Source: the human T2T-CHM13v2.0 reference genome, Homo sapiens. Taken from it: a stretch of DNA of 64,000 bases. Of the stretch, positions 24,745 to 39,242 are shown piece by piece (positions within the stretch are counted from its first letter, which is position 1; every line of letters starts with the position of its first letter). Position numbers and translations under genes: made by a program. The stretch lies in the NCBI RefSeq assembly GCF_009914755.1, contig NC_060933.1. One strand, written 5' to 3'. Below the pieces are notes generated by a model. It was given only the letters and a program-made list of their open reading frames with translations, had not been told where the DNA came from and ran no database searches.

Positions 24745-25012
24745 ACACATAAACCAGTAACAGAGTTTATCATTATCTAATACTATGTACTGCACACAAT
24801 TGCATGTGTACTTTAGTATCACTGAAAGAAGAGCAAATTTGTTTATACCATCATCACCACAAGTACTAGGAATACATTTTGCTACAATGTTGGGTGGCTT
24901 ACAATATCACTGGATGATAGAAATTTTTCGGGGCCATTAGAATCTTATGAGGCCAACATCATACATATATGGTCTGTCATTGACCAAAACATAATTATGT
25001 GGCACATGAGTG
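24745..25012 (-). mobile_element. Tigger3/MER7 (TcMar-Tigger) fragment
   Basis: Reverse-complement similarity to the left end of the element at 35022; ends ...ggcacatgagtg followed by TA. Confidence 0.75.
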
Positions 25013-26404
25013 TATATATCAGATACATAAATCAATATATTCAACATTTCTCCCCTGCTTATCCTAATGATAAAGATGATATAAAATATAATTTAAAAAA
25101 TATAAGAAGAAATGTCGTAATGGTCTCTATATTAAAAACTAGAGTTAAATTGTTTAAAAAATTATAAGTAGATGCTAAATACACAGATTGAAATACATTA
25201 AATACATTAAGAATGTTTGTTCTGTTTCTTATATATTGCTGGTTTTCTGTCATTGAAAGTTTAATTTAGACCTCCTTATTTCATGTAATCACCCCAATAA
25301 TTTGTCTTACAAACAATTAACAGAAGTTAACACTATATAACGTAGTTGTATATTGTCTTACTCTTACAATGGGATACTTTCCTTTTCATGAGGGAAACAG
25401 TAAGCTATAAAGTTTACACAATCTGAGATGTAGATAAAGATTGACATGCAAGATTGCTTCTAGATATATCACTTTATAATGGTAACATAAAAAAAGGAAA
25501 GTAATGTGTAAAATATCTTCTAATGCAACCCTTTCCACTCTTCCTGACTCTCATTGGCCTTTTTTTTTTTTTTTTTTTTTTTTTGACTTCTCACGAATAC
25601 ATTAGGAGTCTCCCTCACCCTCTGGCTTCAGGTTAGGTTCAGCCTGTGGAGAACCCTGTAAGAAGGCAGAAAGGAAGAGGAGAAAAGGGTCACGGTGTTT
25701 ATTCTGTTGGTCTCTTCCCCAAGAGGCTGTCTTCCCTACATGTGTCTCTTTACAGAAGGTCACTTTTGTTCTCCAGGTGGTCTGATCTTCTACTCCTTCT
25801 TTTTCCAGGTTTTGTTTTTATCCTCACTGAATGCCAGTTCCAGATTTATTGCTAACAATTCTTTCATGCTCCTTCCTTTGTATGGAAGCATTCCTCAAAT
25901 TATTCTTGGTTGTATTTACCCACTGCTTTCTGTTGAAATTCTGACTAATCCAGAATATAAAACTTTTTAGAGTCCAGTCATTCTTTGCCATGTTCTGTTT
26001 CCCCCCATCTCTGTGGCTATGAAAACATGTATCAAATATTTTACCTGACTCGCAGGAAGGGGAAGTCCCACTGCTTTGCCTGTTTTGGATAGGTAGCATC
26101 AGTTAAACTAAACCTTTCATAAACTACTGATACATCAGTGGTTTCTTGTTACATAGAATGAACAGTATTCACCAGAATAATATCCTGACTAGCAAACACA
26201 TCAATTGCCACTCGATGTTCTAAGTGTTATGAGTAAAATAAAAACTGAATAAAGATTTTGCCCTCAGGATGTTTATGTTCTCCTATGTGAGAAAGATAAT
26301 TAAAAATATAAAATATAATATCAATTTTTGAATCATAAGTGTTATGCAGAAAGTGAATTAGGGTAAATTTCCATGCTTGTAGTTTTGCTTATGGTTTACT
26401 ATTT

Positions 26405-26825
26405 GTATTCATTTTCTAAGACTGTCATACAAAATACCACAAACTGGGTAGCTTAAAACATCAAAAGCTTATTCTCTCAGTTTTGGAGGTCAGAAATTCA
26501 AAATCAAGATGTTAGCAATACCATGCTCCCTCTGAAACCTGAAGGAGAGAATCTTTCTTTACCTCTTGTCTTCAGGTGCCAGTTATCAATTCTTGGCACA
26601 TTTTTTGGCATGCATCTGCATCAGTTTGTGACTCTGTCATCACAGGACATTCTCCCTATATGTCTGTATCTCTGTGCCAAGTTCTTATAAGGACAGCAGT
26701 CACCTGACCTCATCTTAACTAGTGACATCTGCAATAGCTCTATTATCAAATAAGTTCACATTTTAAGGTACTGGAGTTTAGCACTTCATTGTATCTTTTG
26801 AAGAGACACAATTAAGCTCATATGT
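26405..26825 (-). mobile_element. MaLR LTR (MLT1C/D-like)
   Basis: tgtattcattttctaagactg...aaataccacaaactgggtagcttaaaac...gacacaattaagctcata. Confidence 0.8.
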
Positions 26826-27469
26826 AATAAATATTAGTATTCAAATTAAGTATATCCTACACTTAAAATATACTGATAAAATAATTTGTAATTTCTAAAG
26901 ACCTCATAATCATACAATCAATATTTATAACAGATTTCTCTTCATTTTGTTATCTATAAATCTGTATTTTTGCTTTTAGTTACAACCATGACATCCCCAG
27001 AAAGCTTTTCTATACAGAGAAGTGGCTCTGAAACTGTTATCAACATCTATACTTTTGTAAAAATTGAAACTATTGTAATTTCAATTTACCTGAAGAATGT
27101 TTTCTTTTGATGTATTTGAACTGAGTATCCCTGTGATTGACAGGATGAAATGTTTATGAAATAGATCAATATTGCTCATTGGATATTCATCATTGAATAA
27201 TTATATTTTTATTTTGTCAATTCTGAGTTATTTGGAAACAAAAATCCACAGAATGTTACCTTATATAAATATGTTAATACATTCTTGATTATTAATAAAT
27301 CTGTTATAATGTCATATCCTCTCAGTAATAAAAGCATATTTAATTTATGCTTTTATCCATTAGAAAACAGTGAAGCTAGAAATTATTTAAAATTTTGTCC
27401 CTAAGAAATATGTGGAAAAAATAAGAAAATTTATATTTTAAAATGAAATTGCATTAAGAAGCCAACATT

Positions 27470-27975
27470 GATGTATTTATTGACTAAAGACCAGAGTTTA
27501 CATTAGGGTTCACTCTTTGTATTATACAGTTCTATGGGTTTTGCTAAATGCATGATGTCATGTATCCACCATTACAGAATCATAGATAATAATTTCACTG
27601 CCCTAAAAATTCCCTGTGCTCCACCTACTTATCCCCCACATGCCCAACTCCTGGTAATGCCTAAACTTTGCACTAGCTCTATAGTTTCGCCTTTTCTAGA
27701 AGATTATATACTTGGACTCATACAATATGTAGACTTTTCAGACTGGCCTCTTTCACATAGAAATATGCATTCAAATTTCCTCCATGTCTAATCGTGACTG
27801 GATGGCTTATTTTTTTACCCCTGATAATTATGTCATTGTATGGATATACCAGAGTTTGTTTATCTAATTAAGGAATGATTATCTATTAAAGGATAAGCTG
27901 GGTGCTTCTAAGTTTTAGTAAGTAAGAATATAGCTGCACATGCAATAAACATTTGCATGCAAGTTTCTGTGTGGT
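27470..27975 (-). mobile_element. Old L1M (L1MC/MD-like) 3' fragment
   Basis: tttacattagggttcactctttgtattatacagttctatgggttttg...gtatccaccattacag. Confidence 0.75.
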
Positions 27976-28317
27976 ACAGTATACTATTTCTTTGTTCTTA
28001 AATACTTTTCACTGGTGTGAACCAATGAGATGCTAACATTGCATTGCTCGTACTTGGTTGGTTTCTAAACTTTACTTACTTTTACAATTTTTAAAGAGAA
28101 GTTTCTATTGCCAGTTTTTTAAAGTGATATGCTCTTCTGGCCTTGACATAACAATACACCATCATTAGCTTTTAAGTCCTTAATATGCTCAAAAAATTAG
28201 AGAGCAACTATATCCATGAACCACCATCTAGATTGCAGGAATTAAAGGGAGAACAAATGTTCATTGAATAGATGCAATTTACCAGGACTTATGCTAAGCA
28301 TTACAGATCTATAATCT

Positions 28318-28320
<3 letters not shown>

Positions 28321-28354
<34 letters not shown>

Positions 28355-28382
28355 CACACACACACACATATACATATATATA
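28321..28382. repeat. (TA)n(CA)n microsatellite
   Basis: About 15 TA units followed by a CA run. Confidence 0.95.
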
Positions 28383-29066
28383 AGAAAATTAAGGTGAGAA
28401 AGTAATAAACAATGCTAATTAGCTCTGTTTTTAAAAGTAACAATCCAAACTTAAACTCAAATTATTTTTACTGTAAAACCACTGTAGAAAAATAAAAACT
28501 CAATTAAATTCAGAGTTCTATATTGCATACTAACTGTAAACCACATCATTGTTCAAATTGATTTTTTAACAGATCAAAACATATTTAATCCGTTGCATTG
28601 AATTTAATGCATTGTGTTGCTACTCCTTATTTTATTTTGTTTTGTTTTATTTTACTCAATTTTATATTTTATTTTCTTTCTAGTGGAATATTAGCTGGTA
28701 CATCTGAATACCAGAATGTAAAGAAAGGAAGAACAGATCCAAATAAATATTTAAAGTAATAATGGCTAAGAATTTTCCAAAATTAACAGCAGATACTGAA
28801 TACAGATTCAAGAAGTGCAGAGAATACCAAGCAGAATAAATGTCAAAAATCTGTACTTAGGTATATATTTTTTAAACCAAAGAAAATCAAAGACAGAGAG
28901 ACATACTGAAAGGAGCCAAGGGTAAACAAGAAAACTTACCTGTAAATAAATAAGGCTAAGAATTACAGTTGGTTTTTCATTAGATGAAAGCAAGAAGAGA
29001 GTGGGGGAAAATACTTAAAGTGTTGAAAGTGAAACACACAGAGACACACACACCATCTACATTTCT

Positions 29067-29340
29067 TTTCTTTTTTTTTTTGGAGACTGGAGTGCAGTGG
29101 TGTAATCTCGGCTCACTGCAACCCCCACCTCCTGGGCAAGCAATTCCTCCTGCCTCAGCCTCCCAAGTAGCTAGGACTACAGGCGCATGCCATCACACCT
29201 GGCTAATTATTTTTGCATTTTTAGTAGAGACGGGATTTCACTGTATTAGCCAGGATGGTCTCAATCTCCTGACCTCGTGATCTGCTCGCCTCGGCCTCCC
29301 AAAGTGCTGGGATTACAGGTGTGAGCCATCGCATCTGGCC
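29067..29340 (-). mobile_element. Alu (AluSc/Y-like) with a small internal deletion
   Basis: TSD TACATTTCT at 29058-29066 and 29341-29349. Confidence 0.9.
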
Positions 29341-29707
29341 TACATTTCTATATCTAATAGAATTATCCTGCAATAGTGTAGAAGAAATAAAGACCTTCTC
29401 AGACAAACAAAAACTGAGAAAGTTTATGGTCAGTAGACATGCCTTGCAAGGAATGTTCAAAGAAGTTCCTAGGGAGAAGAAAAATGGTATAGGTCAAAAA
29501 TTGGTCTATATAAAGAAAGGAAGAATATCATAGAAGGAATGAATGAAACTAAAATAAAATGTTTTATTTTCTTATTCTTAATTGACCTAAAAGATAATAT
29601 TTTGTTTAAAAGGAGTAACTGTAACAATGTATTGAATGAATATAGTATATAAATGAATACAATAAATGGCAGTAGTGTCATAAATAATGGTAGGAATTGG
29701 GATTACT

Positions 29708-30064
29708 TGTATCTTAGTTTGCTCAGGCTTTTATAACAGGATACCATACACCAGGTGGCTTATAATCAACAAAAATGCAGTTTTCAGTTCTGAGACTGGG
29801 AAGTCCCAGGTCAAGCCATGTGCATATTAAGTGTCTGGCAAGGGCTTGTTCATAGAGGATGGGTCACTGGGTTTTCACGTGGCAGAAGAGCAAATTAGCT
29901 CTCTAGGGTTTCTTTTGTAAAGGCACTAATTCTATCCATAACAGTTTGCCCTCATGACCTAATCACTTCCCACAGACCCATCTCCAAATACTCTTACCAT
30001 AGGGATTAGGTTTCAACATACACATTTTGGGGGAATAGGGGAATACAAATATTGAGTCTGTAAC
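29708..30064 (-). mobile_element. MaLR LTR (MLT1A/MST-like)
   Basis: tgtatcttagtttgctcaggct...ccctcatgacctaatcacttccc...gggattaggtttcaacata. Confidence 0.8.
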
Positions 30065-30484
30065 ACTCTTGTAAAGTGATATTTGTGTTGAGTTATTCAA
30101 AGTCTTATTTAAAGGTAGATTGAGATTAGTTAAAAATGTGTATTGCAAACTCACATAAATCACTAAAACTGTTCTAAAGTATAACTGACATGCTAGGAGA
30201 GGAAATGTAATGGGATTATTTTAAGTGTCAATTAAAACAATAGAAATAAGAAAAAGAGTGATTGTTGGGAGGCAAAGAATAACTGATATGAATAGAAAAT
30301 AGTTATAAACATAATAAATACCAGCCCAACTTTTTTACCACCCAATAATTACTTTAAATGTGCATGATCTAAGTATACCAATTTACAAGACAGCTGTTGT
30401 CAGAGAAAAACAAAATAAGACATCTAGTTAACAATCTTTTTCTTTCTTTATTTAATAAACCTGAACAACATTTTACATCTAATT

Positions 30485-30759
30485 TAATCCCAGCACTTTG
30501 GGAGGCGGAGGCGGGCAGATCACGAGGTCAGGAGATCGAGACCATCCTGGCTAACACGGTGAAACCCCGTCTCTACTAAAAATACAAAAAAATTAGCCGG
30601 GCGTGGTGGCGGGCACCTGTAGTACCAGCTACTCGGAGAGGCTGAGACAGGAGAATGGCGTGAACCCGGGAGACGGAGGTTTCAGTGAGCCGAGATCGCG
30701 CCACTGCACTCCAGCCTGGGCAACAGAGCGAGACTCCGTCTCAAAAAAAAAAAAGAAAA
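30485..30759 (+). mobile_element. AluY, 5'-truncated, no TSD seen
   Basis: Starts at taatcccagcac; gagatcgagaccatcctggctaacacgg; CpGs well preserved. Confidence 0.93.
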
Positions 30760-32840
30760 GTTGATGAGTAATTTCTGTCATATGGAGTTCAGTGATATTT
30801 ATAATAAAAATTGCATACCACACAACTGATCAAAGCACAGCATATCCGTGCCACCGTAGTCTTACTTATGGCTACCTGTCCAGAGCTCACTTTGAAAAGT
30901 CACTTCCCTAGTGAAATTCATGACACTCATGGAATTGTCAGAATCTATAAAGAATGTATAAGGAATTTTTATAAATTATGAATTACTCTAAGTAAGATAT
31001 TTTGTTAAAGCAGCAGGAATGTACTAAAACACCATGTGATGGGAACAAGAAATGACATCCTTAGTCATAAGCAAAAGTTGTTGATGAAATGGCTAAAAAA
31101 TAAATATGCCCAACTCAGCATCATTAACAAGGGAAATCTCATAGGTGATAAGGAACAGAACCTGGCCCTAAGGTTTCTAATAGGGCCAAAGTCTCCCACT
31201 TCATGTTTTACTCCTTTGGGTGTCTCTATGCAGTAAACTCACTAGTTTATGTACTAGGGAACAGTTGGTTTAGAAAGGTCATGCCAAAAGGTCAATATAA
31301 ATTTCTTCACTGGCCTTCTTTTAGAGTAATGAGACCTTTCTGTAAAATAAAGATGGTTTTGTTGCAGATCCATACAGCAACCTATCATTTATAGGAGCTA
31401 TTCTTTCTGCAACATCCATATTAATACCCAGGTGAAAAGTGAACCAAAATAAAAAGAAGATAAAAAGATGAATGAATTTTTTTTCTTAATTTGGGCAAAA
31501 TTACTTCAAAATGTTTACAGTATATACAACATCTCAAAATATGTAATTGGAAAGAAAATTTTACAAACTAAAAATATTTACATTGTGCATGTTTTGTTTT
31601 TTTATTTAGAAATAAAAGCCACACAGGTACCCAGAGAAGCCAAATACAAGATAATAATTACTTTGAACAATTTTTCATTCAAGCAAATTTCTAACTGTGA
31701 ATGTAGGGTTACAAGTACATTCCAGAAAGTGAAAGTACATTCAGTCTACTAAATTTCTTGGCCATAATTTTCTAAATTTTTCTGAACTTGGAATCACAGG
31801 ACTGGGGAATATTCATTGGGGAATATAAAAAGTAGCTTTCTCATTTTTGCAGCGATTTCATATAAAAGAAGAAATATTATTTATATAAAATATTTTCTTC
31901 ACATGAAAATTTGGTTGGTATATCTGTGCTATTTTACCTTTTGCTAAATATATATTAATAACTTCAGAAAATATAATACATGACACATTTTATCTTCTGC
32001 CTTCATATATCCCAAAGATTGAGTTAAAATGAAGATAAATCATAAAACACTCAATGGTGTTGTATGTTATTTTCAAAATAAGGCCACATTGATCCAAAAT
32101 CACTCTGTAGTATTCAGTTACTTAGAGGAGCATGTTAAAGTTTTCATACCCATATAGGATAATCAATTGTAAGAATTTCTGTCATTTGCCTCAATGGTGG
32201 TAACAATGTTTATTTATTAGTAGAATAAAGAGAATTTGTTTCCAAGAAATGCAAGAGTTTTATGTATTTTGCATTTAAAAATTAAGTACAGTTCAATGAG
32301 TGTTTTGATTTAAAAAAATAAAAATGAACAGAATTCTAAACTACACTTCTGATGTAGCCATGTGGCCAAAATACTAACAATCTGACTTAAAATATATCTT
32401 CATCTAATTATTCCTTCTGTGCAAAAGATGAATTGGATTTGTTGGGAAGGATGCTTTGAAAGCATGAATTTAATTTTCCTTCTTCCAGGGTATCTATTTC
32501 TTCCATCATTGTAAGTAGGAATTGCTTGCTCACATGCAAAAATGCAAACACTGGTTTTTAAGTGCTATCTGGAAGAAATACTAGAATACATATATTCTAC
32601 ATACATATAATATTTACAATACATATTCAAGATATCTATAGATACATAAAAATAAACATTTACTGAAAATTGAAAATATTAGAAAGGCCTAAGGTACTTC
32701 AGGTAGGTAATCTCATTTATTTTTACAGGAAAAGGATATTTCCCAATAACATTAAAGCTTATATAAAATTTGATAATTGGTTAAGTCAAGCTTCTAATAA
32801 GTGGTAAATAAAGATTTACTTGTTAGTATCCATTATATGA

Positions 32841-33214
32841 GTATTAGTTCATTCTCACACTGCCATGAAGACATACCCAAGACTGGAGACTGAGTAATCT
32901 ATAAAGAAAATAGGTTTAATTGACTCACAGTTCTGGGGAGGCCTCAGAAAACTTACAATCATGGCAGAATGCAAGAGAAGCAGGTACCTTCTTCACAGGG
33001 TGGCAAGACTCAATGAGTGCAACCAGAGGAAATGTCAGATGCTTATAAAACCATCAAATCTCAAGATAACTCGCTCACTATAATGAGAACAGCATGGGGG
33101 AAACCACCTTCATGATCTACTTACTTCCATCTGGTCCTGCTCTTGACACATGAGGATTATGGAGATTACAATTCAAGGTGATATTTGGGTGGGGACACAG
33201 AGCCAAACCCTACA
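32841..33214 (-). mobile_element. MaLR LTR (THE1D/MSTA-like)
   Basis: gtattagttcattctcacactgc...gggtggggacacagagccaaaccctaca. Confidence 0.88.
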
Positions 33215-33637
33215 GTATGTATGGTATCCTACTATGTATTGCTTGAATCTACACAATACAGTTCTGTCTCTTCAAATGGATTCCAGCTGAGGATAGTAAG
33301 GAACAAAATTGACACATAATATGTAGAAAATAATGTATCAACAAAATGTATTATATAATAATTTTCTTCATTAAATAATGTTTTTTAGTAAGAATTATGT
33401 TAGGTGTTGTAGGAATAAGAGAATAAAACAAGTGTGTATTTTACTCTTTGGAGAAAAGTAATACAAAAAAGAAAGCCAAAACAAAGCAGAATCAAAGTTG
33501 GACCTTCATATAGATATGCATGTAAATATATATGCATTTGTGGACTTTCAAAAAATTTAAAAACATTTTTATTAGAGAAATGATAAAACTTTATGATAAA
33601 ATTGCATTCAATTTGGATTTAGAAAGGGTAAAATTAC

Positions 33638-33958
33638 GTGTCTTAGACCATTTTGTGCTTCTAAAACAGAATACCATAGATTGAGTAATTTATAAAGAAC
33701 AGAAATTTACTTCTTACCATTCTGGTGGCTAGGAAGTCCTAGATCAAGATACCAGGCTCTGAGGTCTTCTTGATGCATCCTCACATGGTGGAAGGTGGAA
33801 GGGGCAAGAGAGAACCAACTCTCTCTGTCAAGACCCACCTCATCCCATTCATGAGGGAGGATCTCTCATGGCCTAAACACCTCTTAAAGGCCTGACCTCT
33901 TAGGACTATCGCATTGGCAACACTTGAATTTTGGAGGAGATTCATTAAAGCCATGTCA
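33638..33958 (-). mobile_element. MaLR LTR (MSTB/MSTC-like)
   Basis: tgtcttagaccattttgtgct...aatttataaagaacagaaattta...aaacacctcttaaaggcc. Confidence 0.8.
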
Positions 33959-35021
33959 GTATCCATTTCTTACTAAAGGTAAAAAATAATTTGAAGTATG
34001 AAGGGAACACAAAATGAATAATACCTCCAAGAAATATTCATTCATTTGTCCACTCACTCACTAAATAAATATTGAGAGACTGACTTGTAAAAGCTAATTT
34101 ACTCTCTTCTAAGCTCCATCATACCAGGCTGGGAAACTCCCAGTAGATAATATGGGCACTAAGATCCAACCTAATATAAACTCAGATCAATTTACTTCAG
34201 ATATCAGGATAAAAAGTTCTGCACCATTGTGAGCCAGGGTTCTTCCAGACAGCAGTACAAGGAAGTAGAAGAGACAGAGTTGATCCAAAAAGCAATGAGC
34301 CTGGGAAGTTTTTATAGCAGGTAATTTCAAATAAATCATTTTCTATACAACTGAGATTCTTCTATTCATGAATAGAACCTTCTTAAATGCACTCCAGCAT
34401 TTCTCCAAAGTGGGGCATTGTAAACAAATAAAAAGAGGGCCAGAAATGGCTATTTATCTCACTTAAGCGTAATAGAGCATCCAATACCAGCATCCAGGCT
34501 GGGTCAATGGAAATCTGGTTCCAGACTTTGCTTTTGCCTTTGAAGATAATTTTTTTTTTCTTTAAACTGTATTTGAAGTGAGATTCTATATGGACTGCTA
34601 TGTAAGGGAAGGGATTCTTTGAAAATGGGTCCAACCCACTAGAAGAAGAGATAACAAATGGAGATAAGCTGAACCCTGATTACTTTACTTGGAGCCTGAA
34701 ATCACCTTTAGCTTAAATCATACTACCCTTGGGCTTAGTTACTTTAGTCTACTTTTTTTTTCCATTTATGTTACTTGCCCCCAAATGAGTCTTAATGGGG
34801 ACAAATGGTCATTCAGGTACAGGCCTCAGAAGAGCATTCCTGATGAGAGGAAACATTTCCAAGGAATGTTAATGAGATTGTTCTGGGACAGGATAAATAA
34901 AAGAAATACATTTAGAGGAGTTCTACATTTAAGGAACAGCACAGAAAGAGAAACGTACAAAACAGCTAGTGGTGGAACAGTAATAGAATGAAAGGGAAAA
35001 CCAATTTCTTTGAAACGTTTA

Positions 35022-36189
35022 CAGTCATGCCCCACATAATAATGCTTTGGTCAATGACAGACTGCATTTAAAATAGTGGTCCCATAAGATTCTAATGGAG
35101 CTGAAAAATATCTTCCATGTAGTGACATAATAGCCATTATAACTTCAAAGCTCAATGCATTACTCAAGTGCATTTGGTGATGCTGATATAAACAAACCTA
35201 TCGTGCTGCCAATCATAGACAAGAATAGTGCATATAATTATGTACAACACATAATACTTGATAATGATAATAAATTACTATGTTACTCATTTATGTATAT
35301 ACTTTACTATTTAATGTTATCTTAGGGTATACTCTTATTTATTAAAAAAAAATTATCTGTAAGACTGTCTCAGGCAGGTCCTTCAGGAGATATTTTAGAA
35401 GAAGGCATTGTTATCACAGCAGACTACAGGTCCATGCATGTTATTGCCCCTGAAGACCTTCCAGTGGGATGAGGTGTGAAGGTAAAACACAATTATATCG
35501 ATGATCCTGATCGTGTGTAGGCCTAGGCTAATGTGTGTGTTTGCGTTTTACTTTTTAACAAAAAGGTGTACAAAGCTGAAAAAGGAAAAAATCTTATAAA
35601 ACAGAGCTATAAAAGATGATATTTTTGTATAGCTGCACAATGTGTTTGTGTTTTAAGCTAAATGTTATTATAAAAAATCAAAGCGTTGAAACATATAAAA
35701 GCGTTAAAATATATTAGATTAAAAGGTATAGTAAGATAATGTTAATTTCATGGTCCTTAAGTGTATCATTTTTATAAAATCCACAGTCATATACGGTAAT
35801 GTCCTAGGGTTTCACATTCACTCGTCATTCACTCACTGACTTATCCAGAGTAACTTTTAGTCTTCAAGTTCCATTTATGGTAAGTTCCCAATATAGACGT
35901 AACATTTTCCATCTTTTACGCTGTACTTTTACTATACCTATTCTATGTTTAGATACGTTTAAATACACAAATACTTGCCGTTATGTTACAATTGCCTACA
36001 TGTTCAGTATAGTCACACGCTGTACAGGTGTGTAGCCTAGGAGCAATAGGCTATATCTCATGTAGCCTAGATATGTAGCAGACTATGTTGTCAAGGTTTT
36101 GTAAACATCTATGATGTTTGCATAATGACAAAATTGCCTAATAATGCATTTCTCAGATCATATCAGTATTACTAAGTGTCACATGATTA
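35022..36189 (+). mobile_element. Tigger3b/MER7B non-autonomous DNA transposon, apparently complete
   Basis: TA|cagtcatgc... ...cacatgatta|TA degenerate TIRs with TA target duplication; ~1.17 kb. Confidence 0.85.
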
Positions 36190-37357
36190 TACATATTTAA
36201 TTTTTACTGGTGAAATATTATTATTCATATTGAACAGAATTGAAACTCTAGCTCTATTACTTATCTCTCCTAGTTGAAGCCAAGCTTTTTCCAACAGATT
36301 GGAAAACTATATGCTACTGAGAAAGTTACTGCTATTGGAGTTCTAAAATACATACGTATGTCTCTTAGCTCTCAAAATTATTTTGTAATATCATATGCCC
36401 AAATACAAAAATACAAGTGCCCAAATATTTAGACTTGTATAGCCAATGAGTATAATTAAGTCTTGACACTAAGTAATATTCAAAGAGGGAAGTTTGCTCT
36501 TTATTTTCCTAATTGCCATGGGCAACCATCAGTTATTTACTTCATTTCCTTTCAATAGTTCTTGCTCTCAGCAAGTCGGGATCTCTCAGAGAGAAAGATT
36601 CATAGAGGCCTGAGAAAAACAGAAGAATCTAGGGACAAATGTAAAACCATCTTCATAATTACAATCCATTTATTAGATACACCATCCTAAATTTTGTCCT
36701 AAAGAATAAGCAGGGCTCATATTCTATTTCTTATATTTTTTGAGGGACGATTTCAGTGTAAGCAACAAAGCAGTGGAAATAATTTCAAATGCTAGAATAG
36801 TTTTTTGAGTAAAATCTGGTCCTACTAATGATTTAAGAGCTGGAACACAACTTCTTGCAGATCTAGAGCTGGATCCTAGTCCAAGTGTTCCTGGAAGGGA
36901 TGGGGTAAGGGTGAATGGAGTGTGGGAATGCAGTCCTGCTGAGTATGGGCAGCTGTTCTGGAGCCAAGCAATTCACAGTTTCACTTTGCCAAAATAAATC
37001 CACTTGAATGATTTTTTTTTCAGGGATGAAACTGAGAAATTGGTGGTGAGTAGTTCTGCTTAGGAAAATTTTTGACATTTCAGGATAAATGACAAATATT
37101 ACACTTTTTCTGAGACTATCTTAAAAATTCATTTATATATCTAATTCTCATTATTTTGCTAAACTTTCTATACTTGCTATTCACTTATTCACATTTAAAT
37201 TTTTATTGTGACAATTATATAAATGGAAATAGCTGTATCTTTTAAGTATAGAATCCCTATATTTTTCTTCTTGCTAGCCATATCTATCTTATTTATAGTG
37301 AGTATCCAACTTTCATGAATTCTGAAAGTGTTCAATGACCTCAGAAAGCAATACAAT

Positions 37358-37537
37358 TGTGTGGTATACAGAATATTAGATGGTCATGACCTTAGCCTCC
37401 CAGTGTTACTTTGATGATTATATTGTATTACATGGCAAAATGGATTGCGCAGATGTAATTAATGTTAATAATCAGTTGATGTGAAAACAGGAAGATTATC
37501 CAAGTGTACCTAATCTAATACAATGAGCTCTGTAAAA
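37358..37537 (+). mobile_element. MLT1E/F-like LTR, 5' part (split by L1)
   Basis: tgtggtatacagaat...catggcaaaatggattgcgcagatgtaattaa...cctaatctaatacaatgagctctgtaaaa. Confidence 0.75.
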
Positions 37538-39242
37538 TTTTATTTATTTTTGCCCGACTGTCTTATTCCTGAGAGCCAGTTTTCAAGCTCTGAGGTCCTT
37601 TCCTCAACTTGGTCCATTCTGTTGTTAATACTTGTGATTGCATTATGAAATTCTTGTGGTGTGTTTTCCAACTCTAGCCAGTCAATTTGGTTCTGTTTTA
37701 TACTGGCTATTTCACCGATCAGCACCTGAATTATTTTTTGTGTTTGTTCCTTAGTGATATGGTTTGGCTCTGTGTTCCCATTCAAATCTTATCTGGAACT
37801 GTAATCCCCATGTGTTGAGAGAGGAACCTGGTGGGAGGTGATTGGATCATGGGGGTGGTTCCCCGGTGCTGTTCTCATGATAGTGAGTGAGTTCTCATGA
37901 GATCTGATGGTTTAAAAGTGACTGTCCCCCTTCACTCTCTCTCTCTTCTGCCACCCTGTGAAGAAGTTACTTGCTTCTCCTTCACCTTCAGCTATGATTA
38001 TAAGTTTTCTGAGGCCTCCCCAGCAATTCAGAACTATGAGTCAATTAAATCTTTTTCCTTTATAAATTACCCAGTCTCAGAAGTTCTTTATAGCAGGGTG
38101 ATAACAGACTAATACACTTAGCTTCCTTGAATTAGGTTTCGATGTTCCCCCGAATTTCAATGATCTTTGTTCCTATCTATATTCTGAAATCAATTTATGT
38201 CATTTCAGCCATCTCAGCCTAGTTAAGAACCCTTGCTGGGGAACCAGTGTGATCTTTGGGAGGAAAGAAGACATGCTGGCCTTTTGAGTTGCCAGAGATC
38301 TTGCATAGGTTCTTTCTCATCTGTGTGTGTGTGTGTGGGTGTTCCTTTAATTGCAGTGTAAATTGAGTACAGTCAGTAGACTTCTTTCCATGTTTTCAGA
38401 GTCCTAAGGCTTTGTTTAGGGCCTTTATTTGTAGCTAAATTCTTGTCTTTCTTTTCACAGCAGGGTATGATAGCAAAGTATTATTGGTGTTGAAGTTTTG
38501 GGGTGTGATCTAGTAGCTGGTGCTGAAGTGTAATGGTCACTGTGTAGGCTCCTGCTCAGTCATGTGGCTCCTCCGTATTTCCTCATGGGTTGCAGCTATG
38601 CTTCCTCTCAATGTTTTGAAAGTCAGTGTAGGCTCCTCTCCCACTTGAGTGCTCACTGCAGATCTTGGCTTGGTGCATCCAGGCTGCACACCATAGTTCT
38701 GAAATGATCATAGGCTTTATGTTACTTCCCCAGCTTGGAAGCAGCAGAGGAGACCCTGTGGCTCAACGTCTTTTCTTGTCACTTGGGGCTCCATTGCAGA
38801 AAGATGCAGAACTGCAATCAATTAGCATGATCAGCCTGGCATGGGGCAGCTGCACTGTGAGCCCACGCTGGGGGGATCCTGTCTGGTGACTAGCAGAGAA
38901 TGTGGGTAGGACCCGTGGGAGACAGACTGGCCTCCTCTCCTTAGAGCAACTACAACTTGCGGGATAAAGCACTCGGAGTCTTTGCTCCTTCCCTAGTTCA
39001 AGGGTAAACAGGGAAGTTAAACTGGAGAGGCAGTGGCAGAGGGACTTTTGGTTGCCCCTGGGAGCTCCATCTCTGAGAAATGTGGAGCTGCTGCTACTGG
39101 GAGTGTTCAGCCAGAGGGTGAAGCAGCTGCACTGCTTGCCTGAGCTAGAGGCTCTGCTTGTTGGGGAACAGGGGGTCAAGGGCCCATAGCAGCAAGAAAT
39201 GGGGCTTTTCTCTAAATGGTGGCTGTGGTGTGCTGTACGCAT
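37538..39242 (-). mobile_element. Inverted 5' segment (5' UTR + first half of ORF1) of an old L1PA (L1PA15/16-like)
   Basis: Minus-strand ORF1 peptide QEFHNAITSINNRMDQVEERTSELENWLSGIRQSGKNK at the left end; GC-richer 5' UTR-like sequence to the right. Confidence 0.85.
37755..38116 (+). mobile_element. MSTA/THE1-type solo LTR nested in the L1
   Basis: tgatatggtttggctctgtg...cagactaataca; 5-bp TSD CTTAG at 37750-37754 and 38117-38121. Confidence 0.92.

Larger units (their letters stand above)
28700..30420 (+). mobile_element. Old L1M ORF1/inter-ORF fragment interrupted by an Alu and a MaLR LTR
   Basis: ORF1-like peptides (KARREWGKILKVLK; EIKTFSDKQKLRKF). Confidence 0.75.

Noticed and set aside
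38763-39242. 159-aa minus-strand ORF
   Set aside because: Lies in the GC-rich L1 5' UTR; no domain recognised.
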